Assembly: GCF_006345805.1 (NCBI RefSeq) | Contig: NC_043025.1 | Coordinates: 15,996,001 to 16,060,000, forward strand | DNA length: 64,000 nt | Source of the DNA: Octopus sinensis | Lineage: Eukaryota | Direction: 5' to 3' | Shown: positions 36,701 through 47,758 of the stretch, one piece after another | How the letters are laid out: every line of letters starts with the position of its first letter | Numbering within the stretch: the first letter of the stretch is position 1 | The notes under the pieces: model-generated | Seen by the model: only the letters and a program-made list of their open reading frames with translations | Told to the model about the DNA's origin: nothing | The model's database searches: none | Position numbers and translations under genes: made by a program

Positions 36701-39700
36701 CGCAATACCAGAGGGTGCACACTCTCCTACCCTGATGTAATCTCCAGGGATACAGGCATCCAGCAACAGGACCTCCGTAATGCTATGATGGACTGTGAAG
36801 TCTGGCGTAGCATGGTAAATTCCATTGTCTCGACCACGGTCGCAATACCAGAGGGCGTACACTCTCCTACCCTGATGTAATCTCCAGGGATACAGGCATC
36901 CAGCAACAGGACCTCCGTAATGCTATGATGGACCGTGAAGTCTGGCGTAACATAGTAAATTCCATTGTCTCGACCACGGTCGCAATACCAGAGGGCACAC
37001 TCTCCTACCCTGATGTAATCTCCAGGGATACAGGCATCCAGCAACAGGACCTCCGTAATGTTATGATGGACTGTGAAGTCTGGCGTAACATAGTAAATTC
37101 CATTGTCTCGACCATGGTCGCAATACCAGAGGGTGCTCACTCTCCTACCCTGATGTAATCTCCAGGTATTCAGGCATCCAGCAACAGGACCTCCGTAATG
37201 CTATGATGAACTGTGAAGTCTGGCGTAACATAGTAAATTCCATTGTCTGGACCACGGTCGCAATACCAGAGGGTGCACACTCTCCTACCCTGATGTAATC
37301 TCCAGGGATACAGGCATCCAGCAACAGGACCTCCGTAATGCTATGATGGACTGTGAAGTCTGGCGTAACATAGTAAATTCCATGTCTCGACCACGATCGC
37401 AATACCAGAGGGTGCACGCTCTCCTACCCTGATGTAATCTCCAGGGATACAGGCATCCAGCAACAGGACCTCCGTAATGCTATGATGGACTGTGAAGTCT
37501 GGCGTAACATAGTAAATTCCATTGTCTCGACCACGGTCGCAATACCAGAGGGCGTACACTCTCCTACCCTGATGTAATCTCCAGGGATACAGCATCCAGC
37601 AACAGGACCTCCGTAATGCTATGATGGACTGTGAAGTCTGGCGTAACATAGTAAATTCCATTGTCTCGACCACAGTCGCAATACCAGAGGGTGCACACTC
37701 TCCTACCCTGATGTAATCTCCAGGGATACAGGCATCCAGCAACAGGACCTCCGTAATGTTATGATGGACTGTGAAGTCTGGCGTAACATAGTAAATTCCA
37801 TTGTCTCGACCACAGTCGCAATACCAGAGGGTGCACACTCTCCTACCCTGATGTAATCTCCAGGGATACAGGCATCCAGCAACAGGACCTCCGTAATGCT
37901 ATGATGGACTGTGAAGTCTGGCGTAACATAGTAAATTCCATTGTCTCGACCACGATCGCAATACCAGAGGGTGCACACTCTCCTACCCTGATGTAATCTC
38001 CAGGGATACAGGCATCCAGCAACAGGACCTCCGTAATGCTATGATGGACTGTGAAGTCTGGCGTAACATAGTAAATTCCATTGTCTCGACCACGGTCGCA
38101 ATACCAGAGGGCGTACACTCTCCTACCCTGATGTAATCTCCAGGGATACAGGCATCCAGCAACAGGACCTCCGTAATGCTATGATGGACTGTGAAGTCTG
38201 GCGTAACATAGTAAATTCCATTGTCTCGACCACGGTCGCAATACCAGAGGGTGCACACTCTCCTACCCTGATGTAATCTCCAGGGATACAGGCATCCAGC
38301 AACAGGACCTCCGTAATGCTATGATGGACTGTGAAGTCTGGCGTAACATAGTAAATTCCATTGTCTCGACCACGGTCGCAATACCAGAGGGTGCACACTC
38401 TCCTACCCTGATGTAATCTCCAGGGATCCAGGCATCCAGCAACAGGACCTCCGTAATGCTATGATGGACTGTGAAGTCTGGCGTAGCATGGTAAATTCCA
38501 TTGTCTCGACCACGGTCGCAATACCAGAGGGCGTTCACTCTCCTACCCTGATGTAATCTCCAGGGATACAGGCATCCAGCAACAGGACCTCCGTAATGCT
38601 ATGATAGACCGTGAAGTCTGGCGTAACATAGTAAATTCCATTTTCTCGACCACGGTCGCAATACCAGAGGGCGTACACTCTCCTACCCTGATGTAATCTC
38701 CAGGGATACAGGCATCCAGCAACAGGACCTCCGTAATGCTATGATGGACTGTGAAGTCTGGCGTAGCATAGTAAATTCCATTGTCTCGACCATGGTCGCA
38801 ATACCAGAGGGTGCTCACTCTCCTACCCTGATGTAATCTCCAGGGATACAGGCATCCAGCAACAGGACCTCCGTAATGCTATGATTGACTGTGAAGTCTG
38901 GCGTAACATAGTAAATTCCATTGTCTCGACCACGGTCGCAATACCAGAGGGTGCACACTCTCCTACCCTGATGTAATCTCCAGGGATACAGGCATCCAGC
39001 AACAGGACCTCCGTAATGCTATGATGGACTGTGAAGTCTGGCGTAACATAGTAAATTCCATTGTCTCGACCACGATCGCAATACCACAGGGTGCACACTC
39101 TCCTACCCTGATGTAATCTCCAGGGATACAGGCATCCAGCAACAGGACCTCCGTAATGCTATGATGGACTGTGAAGTCTGGCGTAACATAGTAAATTCCA
39201 TTGTCTCGACCACAGTCGCAATACCAGAGGGTGCACACTCTCCTACCCTGATGTAATCTCCAGGGATACAGGCATCCAGCAACAGGACCTCCGTAATGCT
39301 ATGATGGACTGTGAAGTCTGGCGTAACATAGTAAATTCCATTGTCTCGACCACAGTCACAATACCGGAGGGTGCACACTCTCCTACCCTGATGTAATCTC
39401 CAGGGATACAGGCATCCAGCAACAGGACCTCCGTAATGCTATGATGGACTGTGAAGTCTGGCGTAACATAGTAAATTCCATTGTCTCGACCACGATCGCA
39501 ATACCAGAGGGTGCACACTCTCCTACCCTGATGTAATCTCCAGGGATACAGGCATCCAGCAACAGGACCTCCGTAATGCTATGATGGACTGTGAAGTCTG
39601 GCGTAACATAGTAATTTCCATTGTCTTGACCACGGTCGCAATACCAGAGGGCGTACACTCTCCTACCCTGATGTAATCTCCAGGGATACAGGCATCCAGC

Positions 39701-41750
39701 AACAGGACCTCCGTAATGCTATGATGGACTGTGAAGTCTGGCGTAACATAGTAATTCCATTGTCTCGACCACGGTCGCAATACCAGAGGGCGCACACTCT
39801 CCTACCCTGATGTAATCTCCAGGGATACAGGCATCCAGCAACAGGACCTCCGTAATGCTATGATGGACTGTGAAGTCTGGCGTAACATAGTAAATTCCAT
39901 TGTCTCGACCACGTCGCAATACCAGAGGGTGCACACTCTCCTACCCTGATGTAATCTCCAGGGATACAGGCATCCAGCAACAGGACCTCCGTAATGCTAT
40001 GATGGACTGTGAAGTCTGGCGTAACATAGTAAATTCCATTGTCTCGACCACGATCGCAATACCAGAGGGTGCTCACTCTCCTACCCTGATGTAATCTCCA
40101 GGGATACAGGCATCCAGCAACAGGACCTCCGTAATGCTATGATGGACTGTGAAGTCTGGCGTAACATAGTAAATTCCATTGTCTCGACCACGGTCGCAAT
40201 ACCAGAGGGCGTACACTCTCCTACCCTGATGTAATCTCCAGGGATACAGGCATCCAGCAACAGGACCTCCGTAATGCTATGATGGACTGTGAAGTCTGGC
40301 GTAACATAGTAAATTCCATTGTCTCGACCACAGTCGCAATACCAGAGGGTGCACACTCTCCTACCCTGATGTAATCTCCAGGGATACAGGCATCCAGCAA
40401 CAGGACCTCCGTAATGCTATGATGGACTGTGAAGTCTGGCGTAACATAGTAAATTCCATTGTCTGGACCACAGTCGCAATACCAGAGGGTGCACACTCTC
40501 CTACCCTGATGTAATCTCCAGGGATACAGGCATCCAGCAACAGGACCTCCGTAATGCTATGATGGACTGTGAAGTCTGGCGTAACATAGTAAATTCCATT
40601 GTCTCGACCACGATCGCAATACCAGAGGGTGCACACTCTCCTACCCTGATGTAATCTCCAGGGATACAGGCATCCAGCAACAGGACCTCCGTAATGCTAT
40701 GATGGACTGTGAAGTCTGGCGTAACATAGTAAATTCCATTGTCTCGACCACGGTCGCAATACCAGAGGGCGTACACTCTCCTACCCTGATGTAATCTCCA
40801 GGGATACAGGCATCCAGCAACAGGACCTCCGTAATGCTATGATGGACTGTGAAGTCTGGCGTAACATAGTAAATTCCATTGTCTCGACCACGGTCGCAAT
40901 ACCAGAGGGCGCACACTCTCCTACCCTGATGTAATCTCCAGGGATACAGGCATCCAGCAACAGGACCTCCGTAATGCTATGATGGACTGTGAAGTCTGGC
41001 GTAACATAGTAAATTCCATTGTCTCGACCACGGTCGCAATACCAGAGGGTGCACACTCTCCTACCCTGATGTAATCTCCAGGGATACAGGCATCCAGCAA
41101 CAGGACCTCCGTAATGCTATGATGGACTGTGAAGTCTGGCGTAACATAGTAAATTCCATTGTCTCGACCACGGTCGCAATACCAGAGGGTGCACACTCTC
41201 CTACCCTGATGTAATCTCCAGGGATACAGGCATCCAGCAACAGGACCTCCGTAATGCTACGATGGACTGTGAAGTCTGGTGTAGCATGGTAAATTCCATT
41301 GTCTCGACCACGGTCGCAATACCAGAGGGCGTACACTCTCCTACCCTGATGTAATCTCCAGGGATACAGGCATCGAGCAACAGGACCTCCGTAATGCTAT
41401 GATGGACTGTGAAGTCTGGCGTAACATAGTAAATTCCATTGTCTCGACCACGGTCGCAATACCAGAGGGCGCACACTCTCCTACCCTGATGTAATCTCCA
41501 GGGATACAGGCATCCAGCAACAGGACCTCCGTAATGCTCTGATGGACCGTGAAGTCTGGCGTAACATAGTAAATTCCATTGTCTCGACCACGGTCGCAAT
41601 ACCAGAGGGTGCACACTCTCCTACCCTGATGTAATCTCCAGGGATACAGGCATCCAGCAACAGGACCTCCGTAATGCTATGATGGACTGTGAAGTCTGGC
41701 GTAGCATGGCAAATTCCATTGTCTCGACCACGGTCGAACAATGATGATGA
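27765..41750 (+). mobile_element. Single 5'-truncated RTE-clade (RTE-X-like) LINE insertion with internally amplified 3' end
   Basis: The left part encodes ILLY..TWTLSKKLERRLD.TYTRLLMRAQNLSWKRHPT..RRVQFAGHCCR..WKP. The right end is ggtcgaacaa(tga)n. The perfect 11-bp direct repeat TATATTTCCTA at 27754-27764 and 41751-41761 is a candidate TSD. Confidence 0.9.
28033..41736 (+). repeat. Tandem array (satellite) of a 140-bp LINE-3'-end unit, ~98 copies
   Basis: Unit caataccagaggg(t/c)gcacactctcctaccctgatgtaatctccagggatacaggcatccagcaacaggacctccgtaatgctatgatggactgtgaagtctggcgtaacatagtaaattccattgtctcgaccacggtcg. 13,704 bp/140 = ~98, derived from coordinates rather than counted unit by unit. Confidence 0.97.
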
Positions 41751-42213
41751 TATATTTCCTAGACATTATCTCCAAGAACTTTTATTTAGCTTCTGTCTGT
41801 TATATTTCTCTTTATCTTTACAATCCTTTTTCTAGGTTATTAATGATAAATATATCTCTTGCCTTTTCTTCTACTGAATTTATCAACCTGTTACTTTTTA
41901 ATATCCCACTAAATTCTCCTTCCCTTCTATTAACTTTATGATTATTGTTGTATTCTATATTCCATAAGGTTCTTCTTTTAAAGAAATATTGACTTTGCAT
42001 TCTTGAAACATGTTGAGGGATTATTTTTTAACATGGACTTAGTTTAACCCGAAGAGCAGCCTTAACATCTGCATTCATTTACAGATCGTTAATATTAATG
42101 CAGACATGAAGTAATTTATTACTTATTATAAGCTATAATTAAACAAATCATCTCTACGTTCTTATTAAGCTGTGAAACAATTGTCGTTAAATAAGAATTC
42201 TAATGGCTAAAAA

Positions 42214-42802
42214 AATTTTATATTTTTCTCTTTGTTTTTCTCTTGTATCCATTCTGTATATTCTATATTTTTGTAGAATGATATGTTAAGGAGCTTCTTT
42301 TTTTTTTTGAGAAACACGGGATGAGTTTAATCCATATATTGTGACTTAAATATATATGTATTTTTATATATCTACTCATCTGTCTGTCTGTCTCTCTATA
42401 TTTATATATATGTTATATATATAAAGCACCATCCGAACGTGACCGATGCCAACCCTGCCTCGAATGGCTTCTGTGCTGGCGGCACATAAAAAGCACCAAC
42501 CGATCGTGACCGATGCCAGACCCCTCTGGCTCCTGTGCAGGTGGCACGTAAAAAGCACCCACTACACTCGCGGAGTGGTTGGCGTTAGGAAGGGCATCCA
42601 GCTGTAGAAACACTGCCAGACCAGACTGGAGCCTGGGGCAGCCCCTGGCTCCCCAGACCCCGGTCGAACCGTCCAACCCGTGCTAGCGCGGAAAAACGGA
42701 CGTTAAACGATGATGATGATGATGATGATGATAGATATACACACATACACACACATATATACACACACATGCACACATACATACACACACACATATATAC
42801 AT

Positions 42803-42858
<56 letters not shown>

Positions 42859-43328
42859 CGACATATATAGAGATACATATAAATTATATATATATATTTG
42901 TGAAAAGGGTGGACGTTGTTACACAAGCAGTTGTGCAGGTAAAAGTGTTAGTAAATATGGTCGGATTGACCTGAAAATTTGCACACCTGTATTAAAAGTG
43001 GTGGGGAGTTTGCTCAATTGAAAGGCGTGGCCTCTAGGGCAAAATTCCTCATCTTTAAAATGTAGCCCAAGTAGTCCTGAATGAAAACAGTATGTGTGCG
43101 TGTGTGTGTGTATATTTATGTATATAACATATATATAAATATAGAGAGACAGACAGACAGACAGATGAGTAGATAGATAAAAATACATATATATTTAAGT
43201 CACAATATATGGATTAAACTCATCCCGTGTTTCTCAAAAAAAAAAAAGCTCCTTAACATATCATTCTACAAAAAATATAGAATATACAGAATGGATACAA
43301 GAGAAAAACAAGGAGAAAAATATAAAAT
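42214..43328. repeat. Long inverted repeat (~205-bp arms) enclosing a SINE and a ~190-bp core
   Basis: 42214-42420 is a near-perfect reverse complement of 43122-43328. Confidence 0.9.
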
Positions 43329-43335
43329 ATAAAAT

Positions 43336-43363
43336 CCCGAGCAAGGCCGGGTATCTCTGCTAG
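43336..43363 (+). mobile_element. Helitron-like 3' terminus
   Basis: CCCG-agcaaggc-CGGG hairpin, then 8 nt, then CTAG|T. The 5' end was not identified. Confidence 0.5.
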
Positions 43364-43566
43364 TATATAATACACACACACACACATATAGATAGATAAA
43401 GATATACATACATATATGGAAAACGGACGTTAAGCAATGATGATGATGATGATGAAACACTGGGGTCATTGCAATCAACTAGTCCCCTCCCACAAAATTT
43501 CAGGCTTTGTCCCTTAATTAGAAAGGATTATTATTATTATGTAAATTTTTTTTTTCAACTTTGTAG

Positions 43567-43632
43567 GATATTTTGCAATGGGGTGGTTTGGCAGACTGGT
43601 GGTTGATATTGTCCTGCTGGTGTCACAAATTG
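43567..43632 (+). CDS. Exon D (G-YFAMGWFGRLVVDIVLLVSQI-G, TM3)
   Basis: ttttcaactttgtag|GA...ATTG|gtgagt. 66 nt, phase 1 to phase 1. Matches the GRxxVDxxxxxSQxG TM3 pattern. Confidence 0.92.
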
Positions 43633-43759
43633 GTGAGTAACACACAATTTCCAATCTCTTGATATTCTCCTTGTCATGTATACAGCAGGGTTGGCCAAAA
43701 GTCACTTGACACTAAATCAAAACCTTTAATTCCAAAATTTATTTCTGTTTAACAATCTT

Positions 43760-44213
43760 TGTGGTACCAGTGCCGGTGGCACATAAGAAAACCATCCGAA
43801 CGTGGCCGTAGCCAGTACCGCATCGACTGGCCTCCGTGCTGAGGGCACGTAACAAACACCATCCGAGCGTGGCCGTCTGCCAGCCTTGTCTGGCACCTGT
43901 GTCGGTGGCACATAAAAAACACCATCCGAGCGTGGCCATCTGCCAGCCTCGTCTGGCACCTGTGTTGGTGGCACATAAAAAACACCATCCAAGCGTGGCC
44001 GTCTGCCAGCTTCGTCTGGCACCTGTGTCGGTGGCACATAAAATCACCCACTACACTCTCGAGTGGTTGGCGTTAGGAAGGGCATCCAGCCGTAGAAACA
44101 CTGCCAGATCTGACTGGCCTGGTGTAGCCTTCGGGCTTGCCAGACCCCAGTTTAACCGTCCAACCCATGCTAGCATGGAAAGCGGACGTTAAACGATGAT
44201 GATGATGATGATG
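43760..44213 (+). mobile_element. Family C element with ~4 tandem 5' modules
   Basis: caccatcc(g/a)agcgtggcc..ctgccagc..gtctggcacctgtg..ggtggcacataaaa is repeated, then the standard 3' half with (GAT)n. Confidence 0.85.
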
Positions 44214-44786
44214 AACTGAATGAATATAAAAGTCTTTTGATATGAAACATCACAAAAATTGTTCAAACTGAAATCCTTCTTGAGCGACACATTTTTCCAT
44301 TTGAGTCAGTACAGAATCACAGCAGAGAGTATTAATGGAATTATGATTTACTGTCTGGTAACTTTTGGCCAATTCCGCATACCATCATCATCATCATCAT
44401 CATTGATTCAATGTCCTCTCTTCCATGCTTGCGAGGGTTGGACAGAATTAGTCGTGGCAGATTTACTTCTGTGGCCAGATGCCTTTCCTGTCCTCAACCC
44501 TTGCCTGTGTGTTAGAAGTATCCCATTAATTTAAATCTCCTCAATATCACTTAATGTTAAATGCTGGTACTTGCAGTTTTTCATTAAAGAGAAATAGCAG
44601 GCTATTTTGAATTTTTTCCTGAAGGCATCAGAGTATTTCACACAAATGAACAGCAAAAATGGCAAAATGACAATGCTAGCCATTCTCATTTTGTTTAGCG
44701 GCATTTCACCTGTCTATACTTTCTGAGTTCAAATTCTGTCATGTTTGACTTTGCCTTTCATCCTTTCGGGGTCGATAAATTAAGTA

Positions 44787-45298
44787 CCGTAAATCCTCGA
44801 GTATAGTCCTCCCTTGAGTATAATACGCAGGGGATTTTTAAGGGGCTGTACCTCTGAAAAACCTAAACCTTGGGTATAATATGCAACCCTTCTCTAACTT
44901 GAGTCAAGGAGGTCTATATAGCGTCCTTGGTTTGTAAAAATGTATACGGTAACGCCCTTTATTAGTATTGTATATATAACATAATGCAAACGTGTAGCTT
45001 TTTTGTGCATTTTGTTTGCAGAAAATAAAGAAATAACAGTAATAACGTTTAATAAATGTTGCTTACTGCAAGTTATGGATGATTCTTTTATGACTTTATT
45101 GCTTTCGGGCTGAGCTTCAGGTATTTTCGCGCCTGACAACACAAAATGCGTCTGAATAAACATTGCCAGACAGCAAATAGAGACTCGGACATTGCTTAGA
45201 AAATATTTTTAATTTTTAACCTTGTGTGTAATACGCACTAGGGATTTTGACCTTTAAATTTTGGGGAAAAAATGCAGATTATACTTGACGATTTACGG
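44787..45298. mobile_element. pogo/Tc1-mariner-type MITE inserted in a SINE
   Basis: TA TSD. TIRs CCGTAAATCCTCGAGTATA / TATACTTGACGATTTACGG (17/19 match). Splits family B at aattaagTA|ccagttg. Confidence 0.8.
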
Positions 45299-46281
45299 TA
45301 CCAGTTGCATACTGGGGTCAGTGTAATAAACTAGTCCCAATTTTGTTTTGCCTTGCATTGAGGTTATGCTCCATTTCTTTTTTTTTTAACACTGTATGTC
45401 TTTAATGAGACCCTCGTTAGAGGAAAAATGCATTTACTAGCGCTTAACAATATGTATAATGTATGTTTGAGACCTCAGGTATCAGGGATTGCTATACTTG
45501 TTGATCTTACTACATCTGAATTCCTTGAGGGGGGGGGGTGCTTGCTGTGACTAAGGGCAAACCAATGAACTATACTACCGATCCTGACATCTGCATGCTA
45601 AGTGGAGTCAAAACCAATTAAGGGGTAGCTAGAGTCAGAGTCAGAGTTGGTAAAACCATATTGACTCCGACTCACAATACAACATACGGGCCCCTTCAAA
45701 GTACAAGTGTATGCATATGTTTTATGAGATATGTAGACCAGAATCCCTTAATTACATAAAGAGGAGTTGGAGTCGGAGTGTTTTGTTTCGACTTCACAGC
45801 CTTGATCCCCCCCACACCTTCCTTTCCATTCCTTTCTCTCTTCCCCACCAAATACACACAGAACTGCCCACAAACCCCAATCCTCCTTTTCACTGGCCAA
45901 AATTGATAAACACCCTTCAGTTATACATCCTCTACCTCCACCACTAATGGCATAGAGCCCAAAGAAAGGAACGCATGGCTATGATCCACCCAATGTCCAC
46001 GGATATTGCCGACTGTACTCTAATCACCCCCTGGAATACAGGCTATGATCATAAGGAATTTGTGAATTGTGGAAACCCGCGTAGTGGGGCATTAAAAAAT
46101 TTATAAATTCCATTCATGGATCATTATTATTACTATTACTATGTATAGCCTACAGCATATTGGCACAGTTTGGTGCAACCCCCAAACACTGCTGTCTCTA
46201 TCATCAGGCAGGAGCCAGTATAATAATACAGGAGCTTTTATATACAGATTCAAAAATGCTTCCCATAAACAAATTTAAAGG

Positions 46282-46315
<34 letters not shown>

Positions 46316-46588
46316 TATATATATATATATACTGGTATGTATAATTATTTGTATATATATTTCTTGTGTATTGTGTTCATGAAGGAAAAAAGCACTTTTT
46401 ATGGCCTTAATCCAGAAATTGGACCCAATTCACAATTAAAGTGAAATCTTTTTTAGTATTTTTTCATTTGCTTCACTACAACCTCTGTCCTTTTTGCAGT
46501 TTTGCCGTAGTTTTTTTAGTGCTTTGGCATTAATTTCAGGACAGCCACTTTGCTTTGCTCCCTTAATATAATTACATATATATATATA

Positions 46589-46995
46589 TACCGAAAATAT
46601 TAGAAACAGCAGCCAAAATTGACCACTATGTCCTCTACTAATAAAAAGTCTCCACAAACAAACAGAATTTGTAAGCTGTATATGGCAAAAAAAGGCAGAA
46701 AATAATGAAATCCCAGCCTATCCCAGCGTTATTTTCATTATTTTCTGCCTTTTTTGCCATATACAACTTACAAATTCTGTTTGTTTGTGGAGACTTTTTA
46801 CTAGTGGAGGAAATAGTGATCAATTTTGGCTGCTGTTTCTAATATTTTCGGTATGTGGTTTTGAGCAACTTGTTGCATTTAACCCTTAATTATAATTATT
46901 ATAACCCTTACCAAATATGGTCTTTTCCATACCGATAAATCTACTAGGTGAAATTGATTAATTTTATTAAATTAATTATATTCCACCCTTTATTG
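46589..46995. repeat. Foldback (~122-bp arms, ~22-nt spacer) plus unpaired tail
   Basis: 46589-46710 is a reverse complement of 46732-46853. The tail to ~46995 is related to 56820-56925 and to the reverse complement of 15450-15600. Confidence 0.85.
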
Positions 46996-47560
46996 CATAT
47001 ATATATATATATATATATGCTTATATATATATATAAGTATATATAACTGCTTGATTTTCTTGTACTTAACATTCATGTTAGTATGTCAATGTCTGTATAT
47101 ATGATTAGGGTGGTGAGCTGCCAGAATCGTTAGCAGAATCGTTAGCAGGATGGGTGAAATGCTTAGTGGTATTTTGTCTACCATTATGTTCTGATCTCAA
47201 ATTCCGCCACGGTTGACTTTCCCTTTCATCCTCCTGGGGTCAATTAAATAAGTACCAGTTACACATTGAGGGTGATGTAATCGACTTAATCCCTTTGTCT
47301 AGTCTTGTTTGTCCCTTCTATGTTTAGTCCCCTGTGGGCAATAAAGAAATATATATATATATATATGATTATGTATATATGTTTATAATATACATTTATA
47401 TGCATATGTATGTGTGTGTGTGTGTGCATTTGCATAATTGTTGTTATTAATTCATATTTCTCCGTGATTATCTGTTTGTGTCTATATATGTAAATGTATA
47501 TAAATATATGTAGCTTTATATATATGAGAATATATATATATATATATGTGTGTGTATGTT

Positions 47561-47598
<38 letters not shown>

Positions 47599-47615
47599 GT
47601 ATTTCTTTCCTTCAG

Positions 47616-47682
47616 GTTTCTGTTGTGCCTATCTAATATTTATCTGTGAGAACCTGTCTGACAACATCAAAGGGTTGTCAAT
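47616..47682 (+). CDS. Exon E (G-FCCAYLIFICENLSDNIKGLS, end of TM3)
   Basis: tttctttccttcag|GT...TCAAT|gtaagt. 67 nt, phase 1 to phase 2. GFCCAYLIFI-x-ENL is characteristic of AVT3/SLC36-like proteins. Confidence 0.92.
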
Positions 47683-47758
47683 GTAAGTAGAGCCTTTTCT
47701 ATCACCTTGGTTACACACACACAGCTACACACATATCCAAAATGTATATACATGCATA

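Noticed and set aside
28033-41736. CRISPR-like array
   Set aside because: The units are contiguous full-length repeats with no unique spacers, there are no cas genes, and the context is eukaryotic. The unit is LINE coding sequence.
27935-41741. Dozens of ~91-aa minus-strand ORFs (MCTLWYCDRGRDNG...) as a gene family
   Set aside because: They are artefacts of a 140-bp period (not a multiple of 3) read antisense. No long concatemeric ORF exists on either strand.
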